A stretch of DNA of 64,000 nt, taken from contig RDOC01000003.1 of NCBI GenBank assembly GCA_011364985.1, forward strand, positions 158,061 through 222,060, given 5' to 3'. The notes under the pieces are model-generated. The model was given only the letters and a program-made list of their open reading frames with translations, did no database searches and was not told the origin of the DNA. Shown here piece after piece: positions 37,297-48,188 of this stretch. This stretch comes from Candidatus Thorarchaeota archaeon (lineage in GTDB: Archaea; Asgardarchaeota; Thorarchaeia; Thorarchaeales; Thorarchaeaceae). The translations under genes and the position numbers were made by a program. The stretch's first letter is position 1, and each line of letters opens with the position of its first letter.

Positions 37297-39681
37297 TTAC
37301 ATTTCCTTTCGTTGACGAAGAAGATTTTCCAGAATCTTCTCATAGACCTCCTTCTTCTTGCCCTTTGAAAGCTTCGTTAGCCTCTCTACAATAAGCTCAG
37401 GAGTACTTCTTGCAATGGTACCGAAACGTGGAGTTCGGTCAACCATGAGCTCCAAATTCTCATCGAGTCCTCGTGCTTCGATTCCATCAATTCTTATCGG
37501 AACGTCAGTCGCTGCCGCGATCTCTTTGGCGAGATGGCTGCAAATGACAGCACAACTATGTGGGTCGCGCTGGAGTATTTCAATCAGACCAGCAATAACG
37601 TTGGCAGCACTCCCCGGCTCAGTAATTGCCTCGACCTCATCAAATAGCGCAAGCTTGGACTTCTCCGACACGACAATGTCAGCGAACTGCTTGAGGGTGG
37701 TTTCAAAAGCCCCTGCGCTAACCATTCCTCTGCTCTTGTAGAAGAAATAGATCTCCTCAAAGGGAGGAAGGTATGCATTCTCCGCTGGAACTGGAAATCC
37801 CGTCTGTGCCATGGTAGCAATTTGCGCAAGCGTCTGAATTGTAGTGGTCTTTCCACCACTGTTGGCACCTGAGAGAATGGCACAATTCTCTCCATTCGTG
37901 CCATCTGGCTTGAATAGGCTATTCCCAATGACGTAGTCGATTGGCTGTACCTTCCTGTGTCGACCTCTCAACATGCTCTCCTTGAGAAACAGGTTTGTCG
38001 CCTGTTCAACTCCAATTCCCGAGTATTCTAAGCCGATGTTTGGGATATGGAGATCATAGTCGGCTCCAAAGAGACCTACTGCTAAGAAGAGGTCAAACTC
38101 AAGGAGAGTTTGTACAGCTTCGGTGACAACATCTGTGAGCTTGTCCAATTGCCCAGATACCTTCTTGATTAATCGGAACTGGCGGTCAGAAAAGAAGCGT
38201 CGGAGGCGGCCCTCTAGGTCGTTTATCTGTGCCGGTATCAGCTTCACAGGAAGGGCAATTTCCTCACTTATGATTCCAGTGACCCAGTCTGCCTCTCTTG
38301 GAGTAAGACCAAGTATATCTACAAGCTTGTCCTCAGCTTCTTGAATCGTGGTTGTGAAAGTTTCGATAATCTCTGCAGGCAACATGTTTCTGAGAGCACT
38401 GCTGTCAGCGCCATCCATATCAGCTGACTGGAGAATAGTGATTATCTGTTGGCCGCCGAGGGTGATCTGGCTCTTTGCGATTCGCGCCTTTATCTCTTCA
38501 TTCAACCAAGACTCGGTCTCTGCGACTGCTGTTGGGAAGTTCTTGACGGCTCTTCTGTACCTGTCCAGCTCCTTATCTATGCTCTGCGCTACATCCCCTT
38601 CTTCGTTGATATTCTTCAAGGCCTTTCCGACCTGCAAGAGACTATCCAAATCAAGCGAGTCTATGAACGCTTGCACTGACTCGTTCTTGGGAAGATTGCT
38701 GAAGAGCTCAGCCAATCTAGAAGAAGCGTCGATAACACGGTAGTTGCGGGAGTAGAAACCTATGGTCATCTCGGGAAGGACTTCGTCGATAGTCCAGTCT
38801 TTGCCGAGGATCTCGACATTATCGAGCATGTTAACGGAGTCATCATACATCCCTATGGGAGAGATGTAAAGGACTAAGTCGTAACCCTTTGCATAGTCAA
38901 TGGCATTTTCACCTTCCGAGAGAATGTATACTGGACACCATTTGTCGATGCCCTCCTTCACAAGTCTGTCAAAGACCTTGTCATCATTAGTAATTATGAC
39001 CCTTCCCTCAAGGCGTCGTGGTTTGACTCTTCTATACAGACCACGGACGTTGGTGAGTTGCTGCTTCAGACTGGCCCTTTGGTCTTCGGATAGCCGCTTC
39101 GCCACATCAATAGCATCAGCAAAATACCTCTGCCGTTCATGAATCACATTGATCTTCTCGGGGGGAAGAGGAAAATACAGAAGCAGTTTATCCCGCGCGT
39201 AGCTGGTATTTGCATAACCACGGATAATCCCCAAAATCGAGTCGAATATCTTCCTCAAATCAGCGCTGCGAAGAATCGTATTAGCACTAGCCCCGAACTG
39301 CTGCTCGAAAGCAGCCTTCACGATATTGACAGCTTGCTTTGCTCCGATTTCAGGTACTGCAGCCACAAGGTCAACGCGGAAGTCCAATATGACCTTTAGT
39401 GCAACAGCTTCGGTTCCAAAATGGTCTATGAGGACCTTTCGTACCTTCTCTCCGACTCCGGGAATATCAGATAGACTTGCTAGACTCAATCTCAAAGCCT
39501 CTTGGTCGTGGCTGTTGTCTGCTGGCAAGCACTCCTTAAAGACCTGACTCTCTTGCAAAGTGTACATCCTCTGAAAAGACATTTTGAGCCGCATTCGTTT
39601 CCAAATGGGCTCTAGCTTCTCAATCTCGTGCTTGCAGTCATTGAAAAACACGTACAAACTATCGAATTTGGCCGCTGTCAA
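37297..39681 (-). CDS. Archaeal MutS2-like ATPase with HhH
   Basis: IPGVGEK HhH; LSGANSGGKTT; SAGAFET; LFDEVEAITEPG. Confidence 0.85.
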   Translation of the reverse strand: MTAAKFDSLYVFFNDCKHEIEKLEPIWKRMRLKMSFQRMYTLQESQVFKECLPADNSHDQEALRLSLASLSDIPGVGEKVRKVLIDHFGTEAVALKVILDFRVDLVAAVPEIGAKQAVNIVKAAFEQQFGASANTILRSADLRKIFDSILGIIRGYANTSYARDKLLLYFPLPPEKINVIHERQRYFADAIDVAKRLSEDQRASLKQQLTNVRGLYRRVKPRRLEGRVIITNDDKVFDRLVKEGIDKWCPVYILSEGENAIDYAKGYDLVLYISPIGMYDDSVNMLDNVEILGKDWTIDEVLPEMTIGFYSRNYRVIDASSRLAELFSNLPKNESVQAFIDSLDLDSLLQVGKALKNINEEGDVAQSIDKELDRYRRAVKNFPTAVAETESWLNEEIKARIAKSQITLGGQQIITILQSADMDGADSSALRNMLPAEIIETFTTTIQEAEDKLVDILGLTPREADWVTGIISEEIALPVKLIPAQINDLEGRLRRFFSDRQFRLIKKVSGQLDKLTDVVTEAVQTLLEFDLFLAVGLFGADYDLHIPNIGLEYSGIGVEQATNLFLKESMLRGRHRKVQPIDYVIGNSLFKPDGTNGENCAILSGANSGGKTTTIQTLAQIATMAQTGFPVPAENAYLPPFEEIYFFYKSRGMVSAGAFETTLKQFADIVVSEKSKLALFDEVEAITEPGSAANVIAGLIEILQRDPHSCAVICSHLAKEIAAATDVPIRIDGIEARGLDENLELMVDRTPRFGTIARSTPELIVERLTKLSKGKKKEVYEKILENLLRQRKEM

Positions 39682-40670
39682 TAGCCAAGTTCCATGTCTA
39701 CAATGCTCTTCGGTTCTTCTCCTTGCAGGAATCTAAGAATATTCTCTCCTGCGAATTGAAGATGTGCCTTGGCAACAGCCTCAGAATATGCAGCCCTGTG
39801 AGGTGACATAATTACATTATCCAACTCATTGAATGGATAGTTGGATGCTTGAAATTCCTTCACATCCACTCCCCACTGAGGGTATCTCCACCACACATCC
39901 AGGGCTGCAGCGAAGATCCGTTCTTCTCGCAGCGCATTGTAGAGGGCCAATTCATCGATTACCTCGCCTCTGGAAATATTGACAAGAATGGAGGTCTTCT
40001 TCATCCACGACAAAAACTGATTGTTCACAATTCCTCTTGACGATGGAGTGAGCGGAAGAGAAAGAATCACGAAGTCAGCTTTCCTGACCAGATGCTCCAT
40101 CTCCGCTACAATAGCCACAGCATCAATGAGACTAGGATTCCTGTTGACACCAGTTCTTGTCGCTCCTGTAATTCGCAGACCGAATCCCTTCAGTCGTTCT
40201 GCTATTGCCATGCCAATGTTGCCTAAGCCCAGAATTAGACAGGTCTTTTCTCTAATCTCAACATTGGGTCGAGGGCCACCAAATCCGTAGGTCCAATCCC
40301 CTTTTCGCAGCTCACGGTCATTGACTATGGTATTCTTTGCTGCGGCCAATAGAAGCATGATAGCATATTCAGCTACTTCTTCGGCATTCATAGGATTATT
40401 ACAGACAACAAGGTCGCCGCGTTCAAGGACCGCATCACAGTCGATTTTGTCAACTCCAGCACTAAGGGCTTGAATCATCTTGAGATTCTTCGCTTTTCTG
40501 ATGAATTCTGCAGGAACACGTCCGGATGCAACTACTAATGCATCGCCCGCCTTTTCAAGCATTGATTCGGCAGTGCGTTGGGAACTTACAACAACAGCTA
40601 GGTTACCAAGTATATTCTGAACGGCTGCCACCGTATCTGCATCATAGGGAATGAGAACCTTTGGCTTCAT
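39678..40670 (-). CDS. D-isomer-specific 2-hydroxyacid dehydrogenase
   Basis: GLGNIG, VNISRG, AALDVWW, SPHRA. Confidence 0.9.
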   Translation of the reverse strand: MKPKVLIPYDADTVAAVQNILGNLAVVVSSQRTAESMLEKAGDALVVASGRVPAEFIRKAKNLKMIQALSAGVDKIDCDAVLERGDLVVCNNPMNAEEVAEYAIMLLLAAAKNTIVNDRELRKGDWTYGFGGPRPNVEIREKTCLILGLGNIGMAIAERLKGFGLRITGATRTGVNRNPSLIDAVAIVAEMEHLVRKADFVILSLPLTPSSRGIVNNQFLSWMKKTSILVNISRGEVIDELALYNALREERIFAAALDVWWRYPQWGVDVKEFQASNYPFNELDNVIMSPHRAAYSEAVAKAHLQFAGENILRFLQGEEPKSIVDMELGY

Positions 40671-40788
40671 AGATTGCTTTCACACTCTTGAATATCGCTT
40701 TTCCACTGATTATCGCCTTAAGACTATCGTCAGAATGGATCATGCAAGGGGAATGTGGGGTCAAGTTTCGATTCCATGTCCATTGCAC

Positions 40789-42273
40789 CTAGTATGAACG
40801 AGCCACGTAAGCAACTTCTTGTGCAGCCCTTCCACAGACAGGACAGACTCCCTCAGGAGACTCCTTAACATCCATCCGAGTTCCTCGCATTTCTCCACCC
40901 GTACGTTCCTTTATCTCTTCGGCACATTCTAGACCGTCCATCTCGGTTGTACAGAATGGGATTCGTGCAATTTTCCCCTTGTTTAGGGCATCTTCCATTT
41001 CCCCGAGAGAAACGCAATCGACAACTAGTCCTTCGAATTTGGATTCGGCAAAGGTCCTTAGAGTCTTGTCGATTTCCTTACCAAGAGCATACACTCTCTT
41101 CTTGAGGTTCTTTAGCTCACAGGGCTCCCGTTTCATGGTATCCCTTCGAAAGAGGACTATCTTTTCCTCCTTGATATCACAGGGACCAGCCTCAATTCTA
41201 ATAGGGACACCTTTCATCTCCCAATAGTTGTATTTCCACCCAGGAGTATTATCGGAGTCGTCAAGGAAGACCCTAATCCCAGCCTTGGCTAGCTTGGACT
41301 CCACCTTCTTGCAATACGAAACGACTTCCTCTGCGTTTTTCCCTCTAACGATAGGAATGACAACTACTTGATAGGGGGCCAACTTGAATGGCAGACGAAG
41401 ACCCTTGTTATCGCCGTGAATAGAAATCACTGCACCAAAGATTCGCGAAACAGCGGGCCCATAACATGTCTGCCATGCGTGTACATACTCATTGTTCTCG
41501 TCAAGAAAGGTGATATCAAATGCCTTTGCGAAATTGTCACCCAAATCGTGCGTGGACGGGAGCTGAATCACCTTACCATCGGGCATTAGTGTATCAGCTG
41601 CATATGTGTTTAAGCCACCAGGAAACTTATCCCATTGGGTTCTTCGAAAGATCATGACAGGAAGTTCGTATTCATCTGACACGACCTCCTTTGTTGTTTC
41701 AAGGTCCTCCATGACCTGTGCCAAAGCCTCTTCATGGGTGGCAAAGACATTGTGGCTTTCAATCCAGAGAAACTCACGTCCGCGAAGGAAGGGACGTGTG
41801 CTCTTTATTTCGGAACGAAATACCGAACATCTTTGATACCTCTTCAGTGGTAAGTCACGCCATGAACGAATCCAGAGAGAGTACATTGGGTAGATTGCGG
41901 TTTCGCTGGTCGGCCTAAGAGCAAGCTTTTCTTCTAGCTCCTCGCTTGAGCCAATGTCCTTTATCCAAAAGACCTGAGGTGTGAAGCCTTCAACGTGATC
42001 AGCCTCTTTTGTCAGATTCTTCTCAGGAATCACAGTGGGAAACAGCATGGGCAGATGCTTCTTCCGTTTAAGAGCATCTTCGAGAAGGCCGAACATTATG
42101 TCCATCGTCATATAGCTCCAGGGCAAAAAGGGTGTGAATCCCTTGACCCCATACCTGATATCGGCCAGTTCTGCTACTTTCACTATTTCACCAAACCAAT
42201 CAGAAAACTCCTTTTCCTTGTTGATATTGAAGATTACCTGTCTTGGTTCCTGTTTCTCTTTCTTATCGCTCAT
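40789..42273 (-). CDS. proS: Prolyl-tRNA synthetase (archaeal/eukaryotic type)
   Basis: LRPTSET, TRPFLRGREFLW, C-terminal VARSY. Confidence 0.95.
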   Translation of the reverse strand: MSDKKEKQEPRQVIFNINKEKEFSDWFGEIVKVAELADIRYGVKGFTPFLPWSYMTMDIMFGLLEDALKRKKHLPMLFPTVIPEKNLTKEADHVEGFTPQVFWIKDIGSSEELEEKLALRPTSETAIYPMYSLWIRSWRDLPLKRYQRCSVFRSEIKSTRPFLRGREFLWIESHNVFATHEEALAQVMEDLETTKEVVSDEYELPVMIFRRTQWDKFPGGLNTYAADTLMPDGKVIQLPSTHDLGDNFAKAFDITFLDENNEYVHAWQTCYGPAVSRIFGAVISIHGDNKGLRLPFKLAPYQVVVIPIVRGKNAEEVVSYCKKVESKLAKAGIRVFLDDSDNTPGWKYNYWEMKGVPIRIEAGPCDIKEEKIVLFRRDTMKREPCELKNLKKRVYALGKEIDKTLRTFAESKFEGLVVDCVSLGEMEDALNKGKIARIPFCTTEMDGLECAEEIKERTGGEMRGTRMDVKESPEGVCPVCGRAAQEVAYVARSY

Positions 42274-42434
42274 GGGATCGCCTTCTATGGTTATGGTTTG
42301 ATTGTCTTTCGGAGCATTGGCTAGGACGAAGAATTAGCAGTCTATTAGTTCGGAACGCGTTCACCTAGCATTACGTTCACCAACAATGTGGTCTTGATGT
42401 TTCTATTTAAAGCCTATCGTTACAGTGATTGGAT

Positions 42435-42959
42435 CTATCTTTTTGTGGTTGTTTCCCCAACCTCTTGTACTCGTTTGTCCAAATCATGCTTCTTGATCAG
42501 TTCAGCAACCCCCTCAGGAACAAGTGACTCCCACTCAGAGTCATTCCATCGTATTAGGTCACGAATATGCTTTGCGCTGTACGTTTCTCTGTCAAGCAGA
42601 TTGGTTTCGTCAACTACGATACCCGCATCTTTCAACAGTCTTGATACAAGGGGGTTGTGAGAATAGGCTTTGTCAAAGTGGGGGGCAAAGCTCTTCAAAT
42701 GAGCGACCCATAGAGGATGGATATGAATGTCAGAAATCGGAATAACATCAACACGATCGAATGGAATGCCTTCATCCATTAGAGCGCGTCTGAGAAACAT
42801 CACGCGCTCTCCTCCTGTGAATGGATTGTCGGGGGTATGAGAGTACTGCGAGCTTCCGATTACAATAATCAGATCTTCGTCCTTGTCAAGTATCTGTTTT
42901 ATTGTATGAATATGACCCTTGTGAACAGGCTGAAAACGCCCAATGAATATAGATCGCAT
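42435..42959 (-). CDS. nadM: Nicotinamide-nucleotide adenylyltransferase
   Basis: IGRFQPVHKGH, NPFTGGER; start placed at ATG 42959. Confidence 0.9.
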   Translation of the reverse strand: MRSIFIGRFQPVHKGHIHTIKQILDKDEDLIIVIGSSQYSHTPDNPFTGGERVMFLRRALMDEGIPFDRVDVIPISDIHIHPLWVAHLKSFAPHFDKAYSHNPLVSRLLKDAGIVVDETNLLDRETYSAKHIRDLIRWNDSEWESLVPEGVAELIKKHDLDKRVQEVGETTTKR

Positions 42960-43055
42960 CTTGACCGCAGAGCCAAGAGAGATGGACACAAATAAGCATT
43001 CGTAAAGAGAGGAGTTCATAACGGATTACGACTTAGATCAGTAGAGGCGCTTAGT

Positions 43056-44123
43056 TTGATTGAAATTGATGGTTCCTACGGAGAAGGCGGAGGACAGATT
43101 CTACGTACAGCAATTGCCCTTTCAGCCCTCGCGATGATTCCGATTCGCATAACCAACATAAGGGCTGGACGGCCAAAGCCCGGGCTAAAGAGACAGCACA
43201 TGGCCGGAATAGAGCTGATTTCGCGCTTTGCAAATGCAGAGGTAAAAGGCCTTGAGGTAGGACGAACAGAACTCGAGTTTAGTCCCCGGAAATTGACAGG
43301 CAACCACTTCAAATATGATGTAGGCACCGCCGGTTCGATATCTCTGGTCTTGCAGGCAGTGTTTCCAGTAGCAGTCCTCTCGCCCGTACCAGTGCAGTTT
43401 ACAGTCAGTGGAGGCACAGATGTTAGGTGGAGCCCGCCTATTGACTATTTGAGGGCTGTTTTTGCAAATCATCTACGAAAAATGGGGGCAATCATAGAGA
43501 TTACAACAGTACGACGTGGACACTATCCGAGAGGGGGAGGTATTGTTTCATGCGAAGTAACACCTGCGGAGAAGCTAGCTCCCATTGATATAGTTGAGTT
43601 TGGAGATATTAAACAAGTTGCAGGTATCTCGCACTGCATTAGACTTCCGTCACACGTTGCAGAACGTCAAGCATCTGCTGCCAGAGCTCTTCTCCAAGAA
43701 GCCTCTCTAGGTCAAGCAACGATAGAAATAGAATCTCATGATGAGAAAGATGACCAACATGTTGATCCCGGCAGTGGAATTGTACTCTGGGCCGAGTCCG
43801 AGTCAGGGCTCAGAATAGGTGCCGATGAACTTGGGGAGAAGGGTGTGTCAGCAGAAGAAGTTGGCAGGAAATGCGCCAGACGCTTAGTGAAGGAAATGGC
43901 CTCTGGGATGGCTGCCGACTCGCATTTGGCTGATATGTTGGTGCCATATCTGGCTCTTGCAGATGGAACAAGCAAGGTTGGCGTCTCACAGATAAGTGAA
44001 CATCTTAGGACAAATGCTTGGGTGGCAAAACAGATTCTTGATTCGGATATCGAGATTAAGGAGAATGCTGATGGAACCAACCTATTGATTGCCCATGGAA
44101 TCGGTCTCTCCCTGAGAGAGTGA
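43056..44123 (+). CDS. rtcA: RNA 3'-terminal phosphate cyclase
   Basis: IDGSYGEGGGQILR, GGTDV, RGHYPRGGG, DSHLADML. Confidence 0.95.
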   Translation: MIEIDGSYGEGGGQILRTAIALSALAMIPIRITNIRAGRPKPGLKRQHMAGIELISRFANAEVKGLEVGRTELEFSPRKLTGNHFKYDVGTAGSISLVLQAVFPVAVLSPVPVQFTVSGGTDVRWSPPIDYLRAVFANHLRKMGAIIEITTVRRGHYPRGGGIVSCEVTPAEKLAPIDIVEFGDIKQVAGISHCIRLPSHVAERQASAARALLQEASLGQATIEIESHDEKDDQHVDPGSGIVLWAESESGLRIGADELGEKGVSAEEVGRKCARRLVKEMASGMAADSHLADMLVPYLALADGTSKVGVSQISEHLRTNAWVAKQILDSDIEIKENADGTNLLIAHGIGLSLRE

Positions 44124-45161
44124 TGATTTGAAATCATTAATAGCTTCTTCTAGCGACCGGAGATCAATGGCGTCGAGCGCTTCCTTCATCAATTGTTGAA
44201 TACCAATTCCTTCAGCAGCGACTATTTCGTGTGCATCAGGAATCATTTCTCTGGCTGTATCAAGCTGCTCCTGGGGTGTGATGTCTATTTTGTTGAAGGC
44301 AACAATGACCGGATTTACGGGGAACATTCGCTTCACTTCCTGATAGAGGGAATACTGGTCTGTCATGCTCCATCCGCAGGCCTCGGAAGGGTCTATCATG
44401 AATATAACGACTTGTCCCAGGTATTTGAGGGCTGCAATTGCCTCTCGTTCAATTTCGTTCCGTTTCTCCATCGGACGGTCAAGAATTCCAGGGGTATCAA
44501 TGATTTGCACGATATGGCTATCCATAGTAAGATGCCCAATAATCACTTCCTTCGTTGTAAAGGGATAATGAGCAATGTCGGGTTCAGCTGTCGAGACCGC
44601 CTTTACGAGTGTGGATTTTCCCACATTTGGAAATCCTGCACAGACGATTGTGGGCGAGTTTGGTCTGACTCCGGGAAGTCTTGACATTGTCACTTTAGCT
44701 TGAATTATGAAATCCAGGTTTTCGCTTGTGGCTCGAATGACAGAGGATATTCTTCCCTTTGCAGCTCTTCGTGTCTTTTTCATCTGCTTGAAGTCATCTG
44801 CAAGCTTCAAGGCTTCTAGATGGGTGTTCGTGATTTCATCAATAATCGGGATGCAGTTGTACACCGCTCCTAATGCCTGTTTCAGACGATCAATACCAAC
44901 AAGTATCTCAGCAAGCTCGATGTAAAATGGATGGAGACGGTCCAATGAGGGAAACCCTTCGACAGCCATTCTGAGCTTGCTTTTGGCATGCTTGGCAAAC
45001 TCCTGAAGTCTAGCAACTTCACGAATTCTTGTTCGATCAACCCTAGTGAGGCGCAAAGAACTCCTTGTGCTGACTCGAATAGACTTCTTCTGAGCGAAAT
45101 CAATGATCTCCTCAGCAGTCATTATCGTTGGAATTCTGCCAAATGGATTAAGCCAACTCAT
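44082..45161 (-). CDS. NOG1 family GTPase
   Basis: GFPNVGKS, YPFTTK, DTPGILDRP, NKID; start placed at ATG 45161. Confidence 0.9.
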   Translation of the reverse strand: MSWLNPFGRIPTIMTAEEIIDFAQKKSIRVSTRSSLRLTRVDRTRIREVARLQEFAKHAKSKLRMAVEGFPSLDRLHPFYIELAEILVGIDRLKQALGAVYNCIPIIDEITNTHLEALKLADDFKQMKKTRRAAKGRISSVIRATSENLDFIIQAKVTMSRLPGVRPNSPTIVCAGFPNVGKSTLVKAVSTAEPDIAHYPFTTKEVIIGHLTMDSHIVQIIDTPGILDRPMEKRNEIEREAIAALKYLGQVVIFMIDPSEACGWSMTDQYSLYQEVKRMFPVNPVIVAFNKIDITPQEQLDTAREMIPDAHEIVAAEGIGIQQLMKEALDAIDLRSLEEAINDFKSSLSQGETDSMGNQ

Positions 45162-45275
45162 TTTATTTCCACGCATTTTAGATTTTTGTGCATTGAAGGA
45201 ACACTTCAAAACGTTTTAAACAGAAGCCACCTGAGGCTTATTCAAGACTGAAAGCACTTAGGAGCCCTATTTAGT

Positions 45276-45869
45276 ATGTCACTTCCAACTGGAGCCACCA
45301 TTGTCGGCATTAAATGTAGTGATGGAGCAGTCATTGCCACTGATTCCCTCATAAGCTGGGGAACTTTCATTCTCACCGATAAAGGCGTCAAAGCCTTCAA
45401 GCTTACTGATACCATCGTTCTTGCCTCAGCAGGTCTTACCTCAGATTACCAAATGCTAGTTAACAGACTGAAGGCAAACATCAGACTCTATGAGTTCGAT
45501 CAAAAGAAATCGATCAGTGTAAAAGCCCTTTCAAAGATGATTGCAAATACTCTCTACAGAATGAAGATGACGCCGCTCTATGTCCAAACTGTGGTCGTTG
45601 GTCATGATGAAGAAGGGCCAGCGCTCTATACACTAGATATGGGCGGTTCTCTTATTCCAGATGACTATACTGCTGCTGGAAGCGGTGCACAGATAGCTTA
45701 TGGTGTTTTAGAGAAGGACTACAAGGAAGGTCTAACCGTAAAGGAAGCTGAGAAGCTGACAGTGCAGGCTGTCAAAGCGGGAATTGCTAGAGACGCTCAG
45801 TCTGGTGGATCCATCCACATCATGATAGTGACTAAAGATGGCGTGTACGAACGCGTTGTTGATAATTAG
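45276..45869 (+). CDS. psmB: Proteasome beta subunit
   Basis: TGATIVGI, AAGSG, ARDAQSGG. Confidence 0.9.
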   Translation: MSLPTGATIVGIKCSDGAVIATDSLISWGTFILTDKGVKAFKLTDTIVLASAGLTSDYQMLVNRLKANIRLYEFDQKKSISVKALSKMIANTLYRMKMTPLYVQTVVVGHDEEGPALYTLDMGGSLIPDDYTAAGSGAQIAYGVLEKDYKEGLTVKEAEKLTVQAVKAGIARDAQSGGSIHIMIVTKDGVYERVVDN

Positions 45870-47137
45870 TGCGCGTGCAGTGTGTGGGTTCCTATCAACT
45901 CCTGTTCCGGGCGCATCAATCCTCTAGGTATAGTATAGCTGCCCTTGTGGGCGCATTAGAGAATGATGACCGCTTGAAGGATTTGCAGGTCAGCGCCCCA
46001 GCAAAGCTCTCGCAGAATATAATCTGTCAAGCACTAAGCCAAGGGCCAACTATCATCGCTCATTCTGTAATGAGCACTCAGCTAGAGAGAGTAGAGAAGG
46101 AATGTCGAGTCGTTCGCCAAGCATTCGGTGATGACATACTAATGATTGCAGGTGGACCGCATGCCAGTGCAAGACCCAAGGAACTCCTCAGTACCGGGTT
46201 CGATTATGTGGTCATTGGAGAGGGAGAGAAGGTTTTACCGGAACTCATTTGGCATCTAAGCAGTGCTCGAGACCCCTCTGGCATAGAGGGTGTGGTGTCT
46301 AGAGCATCAACAGAATGGTCAGTTCCAAAGAATCTGCCTAAGGTAGTCCTTGATAACTATCCACCTTTCGCCTTGCAGAAGAACATTCTCGGGCCTATTG
46401 AAGTGACCCGTGGTTGTCCGTTCAGATGCAAGTTTTGTTCGACACCGTATCTAACTGGCGGAACTGTAAGACACCGCTCAGTGGAGATGGTCGAGTACTG
46501 GCTGAGTAGAGCGGTTGAAGAGCGAGGATTCAAGAGGACTTGGTTTCTCTCACCCAATGCGTTGTCCTATGGGGGCAAGGGACGTGCTCCAGAGTTGGAC
46601 AAGCTGGAACAGCTTTTGCGCACTGTAACAGCAATTGATGGGCTTGAAGAGGTGTTTTTTGGGTCATTTCCATCTGAAGTAAGGCCTGAGTTTGTCACAA
46701 AAAGGGCTCTGGAGATGATGCGCCACTATGTAGCAAACGAAACGATTCAGATTGGTATGCAATCGGCTAGTGATAGAGTCTTGAAGCTGGCAAATCGTCA
46801 TCACACAGTAGACGAGGCGATGACTGCTATAAGAACTGCATCTGATTGTGGATTTATTCCCCACGTAGACATGATATTTGGCCTTCCAGGAGAAGACAAG
46901 TCCGAGCTTACTAGAAGCATCGAGATGTGCGAGGACCTCGCGAAGACAGGGGTCAAGGTTCATGGCCATATGTTCATGCCCTTGCCCGGAAGCGAATTCG
47001 AGAGCATGCCACCAGGTCGTCTTGATAATGAAAGCCGGAGCTTGCTGGGAGAACTGTCGAGAAAAGGTGTGCTCACAGGATCTTGGAGTACGCAGGAAAG
47101 GCTTGCCAGACAGCTCTCAATGAATAGGACCACCTAA
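45869..47137 (+). CDS. B12-binding radical SAM protein (TIGR04013-like)
   Basis: AGGPHAS, GEGE, TRGCPFRCKFC, FPSEVRPE. Confidence 0.85.
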   Translation: MRVQCVGSYQLLFRAHQSSRYSIAALVGALENDDRLKDLQVSAPAKLSQNIICQALSQGPTIIAHSVMSTQLERVEKECRVVRQAFGDDILMIAGGPHASARPKELLSTGFDYVVIGEGEKVLPELIWHLSSARDPSGIEGVVSRASTEWSVPKNLPKVVLDNYPPFALQKNILGPIEVTRGCPFRCKFCSTPYLTGGTVRHRSVEMVEYWLSRAVEERGFKRTWFLSPNALSYGGKGRAPELDKLEQLLRTVTAIDGLEEVFFGSFPSEVRPEFVTKRALEMMRHYVANETIQIGMQSASDRVLKLANRHHTVDEAMTAIRTASDCGFIPHVDMIFGLPGEDKSELTRSIEMCEDLAKTGVKVHGHMFMPLPGSEFESMPPGRLDNESRSLLGELSRKGVLTGSWSTQERLARQLSMNRTT

Positions 47138-47155
47138 GGCTAGATAAGATGAACG

Positions 47156-48169
47156 TTGCCAAATCCTCATAAGGCACTTGACAGTTCAAGTCACGATTCG
47201 ACCTTGAGTTCCGAAATGCCCAGTATTCTGAGAAAGCGACTGAAGCGCCAAGGATATCATATACTTGGACAGAGAGGGGCTTTCAAGGCATGTCAGTGGC
47301 AACATAAGAGCCTCCTTGGGGACTTCTCATGCTATAAGCAGAGATTTTACGGTATTGCAAGTCATCGCTGTTTGCAGATGACTCCTGTTGTTGACAAATG
47401 CACTCAATGCTGCAAGTTTTGCTGGCGGGTCACTCCTAGAGATATAGGTGTGAGTTGGGATCAAGTGAATGTCAGCAAGGAAGATGTAATGCCTCCTGAG
47501 GAACTACTGGATGCAACTCTGGCGGCAAACCTTCGCTCTCTCGGGGGGTATAATCCGGAGATCAATCCCCAAGTCACAGAACAGAAATACAACGAGGCAA
47601 GGAGGCCGAAGCATATTGCAATCTCTCTTGCAGGAGAACCGACTCTCTATCCCTTTCTAAGCGAGTTAATAGAAATCGCCCGAAAACAAAACATGACTAC
47701 TTTTCTGGTTACAAATGGAACAAGGCCAAGGATACTGGAAACAATCACACAACCAACTCAGCTGTACATCACTCTATCCGCCCCTGATGAGGAAACGTAC
47801 AAGAAACTCTGCAGGCCAATAGAGCAAAAGGGCTGGAAGAATCTTCTTGAATCGCAGGAACTGCTTCAATCATTGTCTGGGCGAAAGGTGAACCGACTCA
47901 CAATGGTAGCTGGCTTAAATATGCACAAACCACGCGAATATGCAACGATGATCCTGAAAGGAGAACCAGATTTTATTGAGGTCAAGGGATATATGTTCCT
48001 GGGGTCATCACGAGAAAGGCTCGAAAGCAGTAATGCACCTTCACATCGAGATATTCGGGCTTTTTCAGAGAAGCTTGCTACTCTTACAGGGTACCACATA
48101 CAAGATGAACAGATTGAAAGCAGAGTGATCCTGTTGTCTCGAGCAATAAACATCAGCAAAGTAACCTAA
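47156..48169 (+). CDS. taw1: 4-demethylwyosine synthase Taw1/TYW1
   Basis: CYKQRFYGIASHRC, CTQCCKFCWR, SLAGEP, EVKGYM. Confidence 0.92.
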   Translation: MPNPHKALDSSSHDSTLSSEMPSILRKRLKRQGYHILGQRGAFKACQWQHKSLLGDFSCYKQRFYGIASHRCLQMTPVVDKCTQCCKFCWRVTPRDIGVSWDQVNVSKEDVMPPEELLDATLAANLRSLGGYNPEINPQVTEQKYNEARRPKHIAISLAGEPTLYPFLSELIEIARKQNMTTFLVTNGTRPRILETITQPTQLYITLSAPDEETYKKLCRPIEQKGWKNLLESQELLQSLSGRKVNRLTMVAGLNMHKPREYATMILKGEPDFIEVKGYMFLGSSRERLESSNAPSHRDIRAFSEKLATLTGYHIQDEQIESRVILLSRAINISKVT

Positions 48170-48188
48170 CAAACGGAGAACCAACCTC